Positions 1 through 16,527 of a stretch of DNA of 30,804 nucleotides are shown piece by piece. The DNA comes from Raillietiella orientalis. Lineage: Eukaryota. Each line of letters begins with the position of its first letter. Position 1 is the stretch's first letter. The DNA lies in contig JAYWIR010000008.1 in assembly GCA_036172245.1 (NCBI GenBank), forward strand, positions 5,208,001-5,238,804. Reading direction: 5' to 3'. Below the pieces are notes generated by a model that saw only the letters and a program-made list of their open reading frames with translations, was not told the origin of the DNA and did not search any database. Position numbers and translations under genes: made by a program.

Positions 1-3000
1 TCTCTTACTCCCACCAGCTCTCACATGCTTGCGAGAAATAAACAGTTTCGTGCATTGCTCCGTTTCTTGCAGTCGGGTCAAACTGCCAAGGTTAAAAGTA
101 GAAAACACAAACCTCACCAAAGGTGCGCGTCCATGTTCATGTCCGCGTAGCCAGGATAATTCTAAGGACTCCCCATGTAGTCGAGGTGGATGTCGAGAAA
201 GCGACCAGCTCTACGGAGGTAGTCCACCTTTGAAAACGAGAAAAATGCGAGGAAAACACCAAAGGCTCGTTAAACGTGAATCAGAGGATGCAGTGGTTCG
301 CGACGATGCGCGTTGCGAACAGAAAATGCTGCTGCTTTCTTGCAGCACATTGGCCCGTAGAGGCTGCAGCACGTTTCGAATCGAAAATGGATGGTTGAAA
401 TACTGTCCGTGCATCCGTCCACTGACGGCTTTGAAATCATGCGTGTCTCTAAAGGAATGTGAAGATGGTTTTTTGGAAAGAATGTGACCTGATTGGTCTG
501 CAGCTCTCGGCCACGGTTTGACATTTCCGAAAATGCTAAGGATTCTGTGCATTCAGTAAGGATTTAGCGTACTTGAGAGGATTGATTGTGAATCCTCAGC
601 TGGAAGCAACCAACTAAGGCATTCATTCAAGTAACACCAAGAGACTCTATGCAACCATTCTGTGTGACTCACAATACGTTCCATTGGGCAGCTCCTGCTC
701 TGGGATGAATCTTTCTTCTGTTGAAACATTGAGCATCCAGATACCTGGATGCTAAAGTTTCGCACCCGACTGGATTCAAGACGAGAAAAGTCCCAAATCC
801 TGAAACACCATGAATTTAGTGGTAGTAGCTTTCCAGGCACCTTTGTTGGGAACCCTTCCAGCGGTGACTACCTTTAACCCCTCCAAGAGTGACCAGTGCT
901 TCTACATCATAAGATATTGTTGCCGCCAGCACAGCAAAGACGCACCAGTGCACATGATTCTCTCGTACATTTCCCCTGCTTAGCTAGGACCTTTTGGACC
1001 CAAAAACATGCGTTTAATCTTACAAACTCTTGGCTAACATTATCCTCGGCTTCGCTGAGAAGGTTCGGAAATACGCATCTCACGGAACGTTCCTTATCGT
1101 CATCTAGCTGAAGGAGATGATTGTCGTTTTGGATTCCAAGGATGGAGTGGGGCGATCTTTCCGATTCGCAAAGGGTGCTTCTGGATGGGATGCAAAAACT
1201 GGAAACAGCATCGAAGTGGAGACATTTTCACAAAACTGATGGGCTCCTTCTGAAAGTTCAGGTTGGAATTCCACACCTCAGAAAAAACAACACAAATCAG
1301 TGAACATCTTCCACGTTGTGCCCATGGCGAGGTCCACGAGAAATCTCCAGATGCCGACGGACAGTTTCACTTGGGACGGTTAATTGCGGATCTTTCGGAT
1401 CAATATAGGGATCAGAACTCGAGTACAAGTTGACATGAATGGCTGCCTTTTTTGTTACCTTGCTCAACTGCGACCATTATCACGTGAGAAAACGTAGGAG
1501 TGTACCTTCCCTTGATGTGATCCATCGGCAATAACAACTCCAAAGATGCCAAATAGCAATACTGCATCTACACAAAGAGCAGTTAGCTTCTAGCAGTTAC
1601 TACAAGCAGAATAGCATGAGATTATGGAAGCTGCTGTCAATCTGCCGCTCCGTCTTCATTAAATGCGCTCTTGGTGTTTTCTATCCCATCTTTTCCAGTT
1701 ATCTTGGTATCACTTAAAAGACAAGCTTGACTCCTGTTTTGAAGTCAAGAAACCATTCACTCAGATTTGTCCCGTGATTATCCAAATGTACATTTTGATG
1801 AGAATCCTTCAAGGAAATGCTTCAAACCGATGAGCACATGCTTGCAAATTAAACGGAAGCATTCAACTGCTTTCTTTTTACGATTACATTTAAATTAGAG
1901 GAATTAAAATTGAAAAAATTAGACACAGCAAAAAAAATTTGGTATCTTTCCCCAATTAGCAAATAATTGGCCTTGCATTTCGATTGCTTGGTAAACTCCC
2001 TCCAAAAATGATAGTTGAAACGAAAACAAAATATCCATACGGAAAAAACGCACACAAAAAGCTCTCCACATCAAAACACCAAAATCTGGACAAGGAAGTG
2101 AGAGGAAATTTTTTTCGTATGAAATTAAAAAATGCCTTGGCAATGGATTTGCAAAGCAGATCTACTCTTACTTAATTTCCTAATATGAAAAATGTGTGCA
2201 CAGAAAGCAAAAATCACACACGCGTCTATGTTTTATGGTGTTCCAGCGTTCGAATAGAATTATGAAAAGATACCACCCCGATATCTTTCTGCCAAAGCTG
2301 CAACTGCCATTTATTTGTATAAAGGAAAATGCTTGAAAAAAGGAGGATTGAAATGAAAAGGTAAACAATCCTTGGGGGAAAATGTCTGTTTTACAAGAGG
2401 ATAGATGGAAAGCATACAGACAATGAAATTCTCTCAGACAAACAAGCCAAGAGCAGCACGTCTCACCTTGTCTGCTGCTTCTCTGGAGTCACTGACCACA
2501 GGTGTGGAACTCCCAACGTCTTGTTGGTGAGCACATCAAAGATAACGTCTCTTCCTTCAGGTGCGAACCATGGAAGAACGAGAGATATTCCGGACTGTGC
2601 ACATGCATTTTTGTAGTACGGTTTCTGAAAGGGTGCATTAAACGGACATCCATAGGGAAGAGTTGACACAACGCAGTGAGAGTTGTTTCCAGAGCCAACG
2701 TTTTTTTGGGAAATGGGCATTCTTTAGAATGGTTTGATGTACCCAGGACAGAAAACAGTACTGAACGTGTAAGTGCCACGATCAAAAACACACACGTTGC
2801 CATGGCTGAAGCTGCGTCAGATCAGATCAACGACCTGGGACAAAGTGAAACGTTGCAAGGTGAAGAGCGAATGTACCTGCATAGTACATCGGAAACCTTA
2901 TTGCTCGTTTTGTGTGATTACAAATCTTGTATGCAAGGGGCTCTGGCCAGCCTTCCGCAGTTGATATCTTCCTCATGGGGCTTCTCTGACTTGCTCGAAA

Positions 3001-3300
3001 TCCTCCAGAGGGAGATCATTATCTAAGTGATCGAGGAGGTTGCCGTTTTTATTCTTCACATGAGTTGCATAAATGGCGATTGAGCACCGGATACAGGTGG
3101 CAAAAGTTTGATCCTTGTGAAAAGTGTGACCAGCAGCGATGAAACGCAGATGGATTGAACATCTCGAACCAAAAGGTGAAAGACGGAATGGGAACATCCA
3201 TTCAGTGTGAGGGGGAAAAAAAGAAATTGAAGGATTAACCGCATGGCCGCACATAGGTCGTTGACTAGTCCCGATGGTCCTGCTCTGGCTCCTTTTCATA
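1..3300 (-). mobile_element. Highly decayed BEL/Pao-like LTR retrotransposon relic (gag-RT-RNase H remnants)
   Basis: Hand translation of the minus strand gives frameshifted fragments in BEL/Pao order. These are a gag-like ISFFPPHTEWMFPF (~3190-3240), a knuckle-like FSVLGTSNHSKECP (~2710-2760), pre-RT KATTTKFMVF (KATTTK at 815-832, cf. KTTTKLRVVFD), QSGAKL (~755-772, cf. SGPKLQ), an RV-LGVT-like stretch (~630-655) and RNase H-like LEL-PGYAD (141-165, cf. LELHGFADAS). No intact ORF or LTR was seen and boundaries are approximate. Confidence 0.45.
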
Positions 3301-4725
3301 CAAAGGAAGCAGCCACAAGCAAGTTCGGTTGGACAACCAGCAACTCGATCCAAAAAGTGAGGAAAGCACCCTCAAGGAGCCATCCCACGGAGCCATCCTC
3401 GACGCCCACGCCTCAGACGCTAGGAGAATCCGAGTTCCTCTAATCCATCGTACAGCCCTGGTTGATCCCATAACGCTGCTTTCTGTTGAGACCACTGAAA
3501 GATGGATGAAGAGGCGAGTTTTCGGAATGGGAAGCAGTGAAGGAGGCGCAGCAAGGTCATTCGAAGGCAAAGTTTTTTAGAAACTTTGTGATGCTGACAC
3601 ACAGAGGTTGAAGGGAAGACGGACCAGTTCACCGAAAACAACTGTGATTACAAAGGAAAATAACGCGTTCGTTCTCAGTTTACTCTCCAAATGAAAAATA
3701 TAAGCTTGTATCTTTTTCTTTTCCATTTAACCTTGCAAGTGCGAATCAAGCCTTCTTTTCATTCCAAAGGAATTCCAAGTCTTATTTCTTGGAAACTAGG
3801 CAGCGATGTGAGATGACGAACAAGTGTGTTCCTTATTAAAACGGATGTTGAAGACGGTGAGGGATACTTTAGACAATAAAAATCAAAAGATTACAAAATT
3901 GAATGCAGTTTCAAAAAATTCTTCAGAACTTCGCTTCCACGAAAAGTGTATGCTTTGTTGAGCCTGCGACCAATTTTCCCAACGCGCTATTTTTTCGAGT
4001 TGATTGTATAATACATACATTACCCCCTGAGTATGGAAATTGAAACAAACATTGAAGTTCATTAAATAGAAGTAAAAAGGATAATCCAGAACAAAAAGTG
4101 TTGAGAACTGGACATAAGAAATGACATGAATTCTTAAACTATCCTCACATAATACGACTGCTTTTGCTTGATAACTCAATTTTTACGTGTAATGCGTTTT
4201 CCAAACCAGTGTTGCCTCTTTTCAGACTGATTTAATATTTATGATGTACAAAGTTTCGGTTCTATCGTTCTGACTCTAACAAATCTTTTTTATAATTGCT
4301 GAAGTCTGCACCATGCCAACATCCATCCACCTGACATCAAAAGCCAGACACTGGTTTCATTTAAAACGAAAATTCCTAAGTATGAATCATACCAGTACTT
4401 GTTTTGTAATTAAGTTTGCAGCACAGCTTGCAGAAGTGATTTGAGAAATTTTGCTGGAAATTTTTGAACTTTGTGAATTATAATAAATAATTCTGAATAA
4501 TAATAGAAAGTCGAAATTGGCCTAAGTTGTCAATAGCATGGCATAAGTTATAAGAAATGATAATTCACACTATTCAAATATTAGCATTAGAAGAATCACT
4601 ACCTGTAAGTAAAAAGGATGAACATTAAATATTTGCAAGCTATGAACCAATAAAATAACCATTATGATTATGACTTATTTATTTATGCTGGAAGTTTAAT
4701 CATGCTCAACCATCTGTGTATCTGA

Positions 4726-6304
4726 TCAATCATAAAACATTCTTGCTAATGGATAACGCACAGTAAAACCCAGAATGCTGCATAGTACCTGCAATAGAAC
4801 ATAAGTGAAGGAAAGATACAAGCACAGAATATAACCTGAATACATAATACAATGACTGTTAGATGCTTCTCATGCCTAGCACCAAACCACTTCAATAACA
4901 CATTTAATAAAGTAAGGTTGTTGCTGACTAGTTTACCATCTGGTGTCTTTTCCATTTGAACCATTGATAACAGTGATAAAACTTTTAAACATGGCCAACC
5001 AAACCAATGAACTTCTTGTTCAGTAAAAAACACCTTACTCATTTCCAAACAATCAGTTTTCGGGTTATATCTTCAAAGAAATCATAAAAGTGCAAAACAT
5101 GCAATTCTTACTTGGGCAATCTGTGACGAGGGCATGGGATCCAGTGGAAAAGCTGAGGTAAGGACAACAAAAAGTTGAGCATTTGTGGCAGAAAAAACAA
5201 CAACATTGTCTTGCTGAAATGACCTAATATGCCCACAACAGCAAACAGCATACCAGAAAAATAGCAGAATGTGTCACCTACAAAGACTTCAGCAGGATAC
5301 CTAGAACCTGATTCAAACATATCTTCCAAATTATTGATTTACCAATTGTACAGCAGCAAAGCCAGTGAAGTACTCAAATATGGTAGTAGTAAGTATATGG
5401 ATAAACTATGAGCTATTGAATCATGATGATATTCAAGAATATTATGAATCAGAATCGATGTGGAAATAATAACACTTTGTCCAACTTCCAATCCATTGAT
5501 TCCTGCTAGTATATTTATTGCATTTGTACAGAATACGGCCAACATACTCATATAAATATAATACATAATGCCTAAGAACTTAAATAAAAATAAATTATTG
5601 TATTTACAATTTCCACTCACCTAAATTGACATGGGTTCCTATTAGAGAACGCAACTGCTTTGGAACTATTACAGTAGTAGAATTGAAGTTTGTATAATAC
5701 ACCATAAGCAATGGTACACTGGCCATTGTTGGTAATAACAGCTTATGCTTCCATTTGAGATTGAGCACATCATCAGCAAAACCCAGTAACAGCATGCAGG
5801 AAACAGATAATAGTGCTGCTAAAAACTCAACAAACTAACTTGAAATGCGCATCATGAATCATGAATTTTGCTTACCTCATGATAAGGAAATGTTCGTAAA
5901 TCACTAAAAAAATACCGCCCAAATAAAATTGGAATGAGAAAAAAGAAGGTCATCACACAAACAGTACTACTGATCATACCAAATGCTTCTGGTCTGCAAC
6001 GTCAAAAAAAACACATTACTGTGGATGAATAATTTTTCATTTGGATGTATAGGTACTGAAAGTCAACCTAATTGAGTTACACTTATGTTTCAGTTGCATT
6101 AATTGAAACAAAAGACCTCTGCTGTGCCAGAAACACGTGGGGAATACGTAAAACTTACATGTATCTTTCAGAATGCTTGCACATATCTTTCCCAAACAAA
6201 TGTGCCTTGATGAACATATCCTTAAACAGGGGTATCACATGCAAGGTAAAGACGAACGAAACAATAGAAAATACTATAACTATCAAAAACGTAATTGGTA
6301 TCAT
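4726..6304 (-). CDS. DPAGT1: UDP-GlcNAc:dolichyl-phosphate GlcNAc-1-phosphotransferase (GPT/ALG7), 7 exons
   Basis: Exons 6304-6159, 5993-5876, 5834-5621, 5571-5343, 5300-5112, 5070-4836 and 4788-4726, all with GT-AG introns in compatible phase. Family motifs: [91 protein letters not shown]-terminal [10 protein letters not shown]. Confidence 0.96.
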
Positions 6305-9300
6305 TTTGTCAGATATCCCGGAATTCACATGAAAATTCAGACTCTGAGGCAACAACCTGGAGAAAATCCACTGGCTAAAGCATGCTTCTCCGCGCTCGTC
6401 ATACAGACACCTGCAAAGCTATGCTCAAAAGTATCTGCAGCAATACCAGCCGTGAAGTTGTTGAAATTACCTGATATTCTTTTTCTATACTTTATTCCGA
6501 AACTAAGAGATATCGATATTCGAGTTCAGAATGTTTTAATTAATTTTCGAATACTATAAATTCGAGTATTAATCTCAGCATTAAGCATTTTCTGCAAATG
6601 AAGATATGTCTGCAGATAAAGCTTACTTATTTGATTCAGTAATAAGGTAAAACATTATATTCTAATGCAGTGTAAGATTTTAATTTAAAAACCAGCAATA
6701 CAATGGATCTAAATTATAAAAACACTAAAACCAACTTAATTTCTCATTCATGTTGAGGCAATTTTTTACATATGAGTCCATGTAATATAATTTCATCTAT
6801 TAGTCCTTATATGAGTATATTACATTGTATTCAACAGTGCGAAAATTCCTGTTTAGTGAGATTTCTGTCTCTTCATTTCGATACATAAATTTTCAGATTT
6901 CTTTGAAAAGAAATTTTCAAAGAGTGGCATTCTCGATTCTCGATTCTAAAAGAAATTTATAAACTAATTAACCAATGTTTGTGTCTTTAAAACTATACTA
7001 AGACATTTGAAGTTTTGCGCTTGTTCTGAAAAAATCATTCAAAGACTTCTTCATAACTTGTATTCAGAAGAAATATTCCAAAATAACGTGAAGACACTGA
7101 AGGAATATTGTAAAAGAAAAAAATACCTTGAAATAAACTTTGAAATAATGGAAGCAATAGACAGCTCTATACGGACTGAAAGTTTATTCAACCTGAACCA
7201 CTTTAAAGAAAATAGTTTCTTTAATTTGTGCTAGTTTTACAAAGATGCAAGGAAAGACATTAGGCAAGGAGGTTGTTTGGAGTCATCGCGCAGAGTGTAA
7301 TTTATTTGTTTTGATGTGTACCTCACGTCACTGAACTAAGTAAACATACTTATGGATCAAACTACTATTCATTCAGATTAATCGTGGCTATTTTGACCAG
7401 CGAACTTTATATTGGCTGAAGTCAGGCACATTTGCTAGAATCCATTATGTCCTCAGTTGACCATGAACTCTGTCACCGTGTACATTGTCCAAATAAAACA
7501 AAAAGCGAAATCACTATTAATTGCCATAGCATTTTGTATGTGTCCCTATGTACACTACTAATAGCATAATAAATTGGATTAAGCGTATAATTCAAGTATC
7601 ATCCCATTACGAACTTTCTAAGAAAACAATAAATCACACTAATATCTCATTTCGAGCTATCATTAGATTTCTGGAATTAATTAATTTAGTTATTTATAAT
7701 GGAATGATTGAAATATTTTCATTACTGTTAGCCTTCTCCAAAATATTGACTCATCATTTTATCATAGATCAAATAAACTATGCTAATTTTTCTAATTTAT
7801 ATTGCAATCTGCCAGTGCAATTCCGAAGCAGACATTTTTTTTCAAGTGAGAACAAAATGTTGAGATTTACTATACTTTCGTTCAAATATGCACGCGCATC
7901 GATTCGGTTAAGAATTTTGCTTGCACTCTCTTCTATTCTATTCAAATTTACGAATCACTCAATAGAAAATTGAGCTCCTTACTCCTACCATCCATCTGAT
8001 TTGTATCTGCACAAACTCTTGCAGATTCAAAAGAATAGTATGTTTCAATGCAGCGTAATCGAAATGATTCTTCGTTCAAAGTTCAGTAAACTGGATGCTG
8101 TTGTCACTGTAAAGTTTTCGACTTTGACTTCTGTGTCGAATCCAGCCAAATCTCTTGGGAAACAGAATGGTTTGGATATGAACTTGTTTCTTGGTTTGGG
8201 TATGATATTGTTTGGATTATAAGTACAATTCCACAAATCGAAAGCCGTTTCCCAGAGACAGCAAATACATTACTTTATGCACTTCAGTATGAGTTATTTG
8301 AAATGAGCTACGAAATGCAAGGCTTCCAAATTTCAGAGAATTTTTAGTGCTCCTAACCAAATGCTAATAAACCTTTGTCATAATCGAACTTACAGTATCA
8401 GGTATCTGACACCAACAGGATCCTATGCTTGTTGCTGTTTCTGTTCTCCAGACAAAAGGAAAGTCGGCCTGCTTTTTAAATCTGATTTGTAGAATAACAA
8501 TTCAGGTAATTGCAAATGACTGAAACAGTTAGCTAGTTAATCTCAAATCTTTGTTACTGTGTGTGCTTTCTCAGAATCTAACGACCCTGCCAACACTAAA
8601 GAAGCAATTCAAAATAATTCGCAAGTATGGCAGCATTGACACAAAAAGGTTATTCGAGTTGTGTTATTGTTTACTTGGAAGATGACTTGGAAGTAGGTAA
8701 CTAGAATGCAGAATAACTATAGAGGAAAGGTAATACACCCAGTATCAATTGATAGATAAAAGACAATACAAACACTGTGTGACTTAAACTTATCGATGTG
8801 AAGTGAATACCATAAAACGAGCGAAGTATTGGAAATTTTGTTTCACTTGCACGATTTCCTCGAAAACCTGTTTAATAGCGATGCTGCAGATGCAAAATTC
8901 CATAAACATTATACTCCTTTTGTTGGTTCGTTTGAACTGTTTTTGGAGGAAAACTTGTACGAAAAATTAAATCCGGAGTTTTCGAATAATAATTAGAATG
9001 TAGTTTGTAAAAAGAGAACTAGGATTAGTATCTACATAAGCAGTTCTGCCTTGTTCACATATACACACAAAAAGACAAGAACCGTGTTTGAGTCTCTTTT
9101 TTTCTTTTTCCTTGTTTCAAAGAGTTGATCTTTTAACACATGAAACATTGTATATTACCTTTTAATTGGAAAAGATGCAAGTTTGCATTCGGTTGTACCA
9201 ATTGTGTTAACATCTTTCATTAAAGTCTGAAAAGCTTCCTGCTATTATTCCGATCAGTGTTGCTGGTAGAAGCTAAATAGAGATGACGGCATATTAACCA

Positions 9301-11780
9301 ACAGAATCTTCCACCACTTCCTCTACTTGCACGCCCTCGTCGTTTCTGGATAGGGCTATTCTGTGACGGGTGTTTGAGAGTGTGCGTGCACGTTATCAAG
9401 GCGAGGTCTTCTTGACCTTCCTATCGCACCTGGGGTTTTCGTCTTTGAGTCTCGCTCCCTCCCAGAATTTTTGGGCGTTTCCCGCTTCTAGAGGTTGGTG
9501 GTCCTCTTTCAGCATCTCGATCATGGGGATCTGCCCTCGGTCGTTCGAAGGCCGTCCTAGCTAGTGTGACCAGTAGATGTCCCAGTTGTGTTGGATGGTG
9601 GATGGCACCATCATCTCGCTGAGCGGACTCTCATGGGTTGTTGGAATTCCTAGCCATTGCAGAATGTCGTCGCTCTTGAAGATAATCACGCGAACCGATG
9701 CTTGGGCTCCTATAAGTGAAAGGGAAAGTATATGGCTCTCATAAGTAAAAGACAGCAAGTAACAAGAAATCAATGGGAATAACTGTCACAACAAAACAAG
9801 TCAGATTTTGATCCCAAATGGGTATAAAGTTATAGAAAAAAATTCAAACCTGCTTATCTGGGAAGGAAAATCATGTGTTTACAGATAGAAAGGAACGTTT
9901 GGAGATTTGTTGTATAAAATAATAGGAGTTTCTGAGTAATTTTCTGTTGAAAGCTTATTATAGGATTCGAGCTTTGCAGATGTTAAAACCTATCGAGTCA
10001 AAGTTTCAAACTAACCTAACACAGAGGGAAGTAGTCCTCTGATCTCGATCCTCACGAACTCCTCGAACAGAAATTCTCAGTTAAAAGATGTTTTTTCATG
10101 CCAAAATTGAGAAAGAACAAGAGGAATGCAGAAAGGTGAAGTCGATGTATGCATGTCTTCATTGAGCTAAACAGCAGCTATTCAGGTGTTCTGTACATTT
10201 TCTTCAGCCAAAAGAGAAAGGGCATTTTCTGACAATTTGTTTGTGAGTATCCCAAAGTATTGCAAAATTGCAAATTCAGTCCAAGGCTCATATGAGAAGA
10301 GAAAAAAAGAAAACTCTTCAAACGAAGTTAAGAAATTCAGAACATGAGCCATTTATTGCTCGATTTCATACATATAGAGCGATCGGGTAACCGTAAGGAA
10401 CGTGCAATTTTATTACAAAATAAATTTATTTTAAACATGTAAATATTTTAAAACACTAAGCTGGACTGCAGTGTTTTTGATTTATTCTTTTTTAATTTCT
10501 GAGGTGTATATCGTACAATAGTAAGCAGCTACTATGCTTGCATTAATCGTCAGTGCAGCTGCCGTTCTTAGGAATTGCTGCTCAAAACTCGCATGACAAA
10601 AATTTATTCATAATAGTGGATAAATTTATTAAGAATTGAGTATTCAATAAAGAAACAATTTTTCGAAAACGTTGTGGGCAATGCAATCCTCCTTGCTTTC
10701 AATGATCGATTAACTCGTGTTTCGAATATGTATCCAATGTATCCAACAGCCCGTATGTCAAATAGGTTAGTATTTTACGTTTGCTATATATGCATTAAAC
10801 AGAATTTAAATACAAAACAGAGATGATAGAAATTGCATGTGTTCATATTTTTACCTTGAGAGAAAATGCTGTTAGTTTTAAAGTTTCTGCGTTGCCGTCA
10901 ACGCAAGTAGGAAGATGTCACAGACTGGTATGCCTGAAAATCTCTTTATGTGTGCGCATGTCGAACAGGTATGTAGCGCTGTAGCGTAGCAAGTGGTACG
11001 AGTAAGCATGCTTTGTAATAGTATTAAAGAGTATCTTTTATAAAGGGAGTCTTCTGTATATTGGTTGCATGACAAGTGAGAGGAAAATACTGAAGTTTGC
11101 TACTGAAACTCTGGTGAGTTTCTTGTTTCAGAAACTGATACGTGTGTTGTATGATCAGTTGTGGATTGTCTGTGATTTGCCAATCCTATGATTGCCTACT
11201 CAATCGTGTAGCAAATTACTGATAGTGAATGAAAATTTAACACGTTCAACCCCGTATTCGTACTGAGATTCTTCATGTGAAATTTTACAAGTATTAAGTT
11301 TGTTTTCCTGAAAGAACTGTAAGATGGAATTTTACATGCTTGTGGAAATCTGTAGTATCGAGAAAAAAAGCCATGAAATGAATGGATATAATATAGATCG
11401 GAGTACAATAGGTGGTGTATAAAGAGCTCATGTTATTGAAGTTTACATTGTATTCATAAAAGCAGAAGACCTTATTACATTAAAGTGTACACTAACTCAG
11501 TCATGGACCATCTTTATGGCCGTTCATTGTATACAATAGCCATTTTCAAACATGTTTCACAAAAGGAGCATGAAAGACCTGTATCATTTAGTAAATTGTG
11601 TGATGTCCCAAAAGTTTATAAACTTGAAATTGCCATATGGGCAATTATTTAAAATCTCAAAGTTCATTTTATATTAATGTGATCACAGCTTGATCTAATG
11701 CAGAAAGTTCATTGCTTATATTCATGATAGATTTTCGATTTTTGACCAACATGAATTTTATGTAGTGCATATGATTTCAG

Positions 11781-12857
11781 GAAAAGCAACTTTTGGAAAT
11801 TGAGGCAGATAATTGCAAACTGCAAAAGATAACTTCATTAAAATATGTATCACCTATAATTCGTCAGATTGAAGAAATTGGGTGGTCTTCTGTGTCACAA
11901 ATATCAGATAATCTGACTTCTCTTAATCTGAGTGCATTGGACACTCATGGAAGACAGCATACTCTTCACCTCACCATTCCACCACAGTTTCCAAATGATG
12001 CTCCTGCCATGACATATGATTTACCAGATATATTGCCTTTTGTGTGGAAGAAGGTTAGTTTGAAGTGCTTTCCGAGGTCTTCTTTTCTGTTCAGAATTGC
12101 TCTAGGATCAAGCACTTGTATAGCTCATTCTGCTCACAGTTACATCACTGGCAAACTCTGTGGAATCAATTGGAAAAACTGGACCATGAATGTTGGATTC
12201 TAGATCCTGAAAAACCTGCTTATGGAGATGTCTATAGAAGAATTGGCATTGGTAAGAAAATGAATAATAAACTGCGAGTGCTCTTGTTAGATGAAACACT
12301 TTCTGTGGTTGTAACACTTGATCCAAGGAATCCTTGCAAATTTCCACAGCTCAGTTTTCTTGGTGCTGATGATCGAATTCATGAAGCAAGAGAGACTCTT
12401 TCTGAATGCCTACAGGTTTTCAATCATTTGTTTCACGTAATTTTGGTATGTATTCTAGAAATGGAATGATAGTTGTTCTGTGAAAGAAAATCTGGAAGCA
12501 GTCCTGGACTGTGACCTAAAGAAAACGCGTTTTGAAAATCATCTGAGTCAGCAGCAAATCCAGTGTGGCATTTGTTATAGTGAACGACTGAATGGATTGG
12601 CAACTGATCGTGTGTGTGAAAGGAGTCATTGCCGACAATCTTTCCATACTATTTGTCTCTATGAAGTATGTGTTTTAGCTGTTTAATGTTTTTAGCTACT
12701 TTTGTCAGCAGTGGTTGTCAACCAGGCCAAATTACAGGCAATCATTAGGTGTTGTCTTTGGCAGCTGTCCTTATTGTTGCATGGTTAGTAGTGTATTGAG
12801 AATTGTTTAATGTTTTTCTTTTTTTTTCAGTCTGTTACATGTAAAATCCCATCCTGA
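11781..12857 (+). CDS. FANCL: Fanconi anemia E3 ubiquitin ligase FANCL (3' six exons; 5' exon(s) not resolved)
   Basis: Exons 11781-12053, 12095-12251, 12291-12415, 12459-12665, 12712-12783 and 12831-12857 (GT-AG). They encode the double-RWD region (IEEIGW, DTHGRQHTL, WILDPEKP, RRIGI, LDPRNP..FP..FLGAD) and the FANCL RING (CGICY..VCERSHCRQSFHTICLYEWL..RQSLGVVFGSCPYC), ending SVTCKIPS*. Confidence 0.93.
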
Positions 12858-13499
12858 AGCTAAAAACACGACAAGCCTTTTTTGACTCTGCATACTTTGT
12901 GTATGCAAAGTGGAAATGAAGGTTGGTTCATCTTTAGCAACAGCAGTCACATTACACTTCCTGTTCAAGCATATGGAGAACTGTTCTGGCAGGCAGATCA
13001 GTTGTGGATGAACCATTGTCAGAAATTTCACTGTTGTATTAATAAAACAGCTTTTTTACAAGCTGTTTGCCAGCAATTCTTCCCATTAAGCTTCCTGCAA
13101 ATGTATTAGGTTTTCATCAATATTTGCATCCTCCACAAGAGTTGGACCAGCATACTATACACATACATGTTTAATGTTTACATTATGCAGAAAATTGATT
13201 TGTATTAAAATATGCGTAATACACTTTAAGTACATGGTAAAGGGAACCAAGAGGCAGGTTTTCATGCTAGCTGGTTTGAATTAGGAATGGAAAACATAGT
13301 GAAGAGTGTATGCATGTGGCTTTTATACTAATTTCGTAATTCTTGTGAGAATGTACATATCGGGAAGAAAGCATTTAGAATGTAATTTGGATGGTGCAAG
13401 TTATCATCACAATTAATATATCAAAAAGTGAACTCAAAAAATACATGCCTATTCACCCATTTCCAATGGATAACACCTGCTCATCGGATGCGGTATACG

Positions 13500-16053
<2,554 letters not shown>

Positions 16054-16453
16054 TCACCCCGCGGGCTCCCGTCCGCGTTCCGGATGTCTTCGGCGCGCGG
16101 GCCGGTGTGCGACGACGGCGCAGCCGAGCACCGTTCCTCGCCACCTGCCGACTCCCGCCTCTTTCCATCCTTTTCTTTAGGGCGACTTCGCTTCCCGTTT
16201 TCTCCCATCCGTTACGAGGGCCGTCGCCCCTCCTTTCGGCCGTACCGCCTTCCCCTGCCCGAGGAGCGGAAGGCGCGCCACGAAGGCCACGGCGACCAGC
16301 GGAGCGAAAACGAATCCCAGAGAGGAGAAGGCAAAACACGGAGCGGACGGACGGCACTTCCCGAAACGAGGAGGGAAGGGAAAACGGACGAGGCGCAAGC
16401 CGCCGCCTTCCTTCCGCGACCGGAACGATTCAGCCGCCTTCACCGTCATCCGT

Positions 16454-16487
16454 CACCACCACCACCACGACCACCACCACCACCACC
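16454..16487. repeat. (CAC)n microsatellite in the H1-H4 spacer
   Basis: Interrupted cac tract. Longer versions at ~20754-20796, ~25038-25080 and ~29332-29374. Confidence 0.9.
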
Positions 16488-16527
16488 TTCGTACCCGGTT
16501 TGCGCCCTGTCGGGAGGCTTTCGCGTC

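Noticed and set aside
6173..6559. 128-aa plus-strand ORF overlapping the DPAGT1 5' end
   Set aside because: It is antisense to exon 1, has a non-ATG start and no recognisable domain. The region more plausibly holds DPAGT1 5'-UTR exons (minus-strand GT..AG pairs near 6410-6630).
7007..7234. Plus-strand ORF faintly like the C-terminal part of a Penelope-type RT
   Set aside because: The similarity is impressionistic, with no catalytic motifs, in AT-rich sequence.
7474..7598. Minus-strand YLNYTLNPIYYAISS resembling GPCR TM7 NPxxY
   Set aside because: It is immediately preceded by an in-frame stop and no other transmembrane exons were found.
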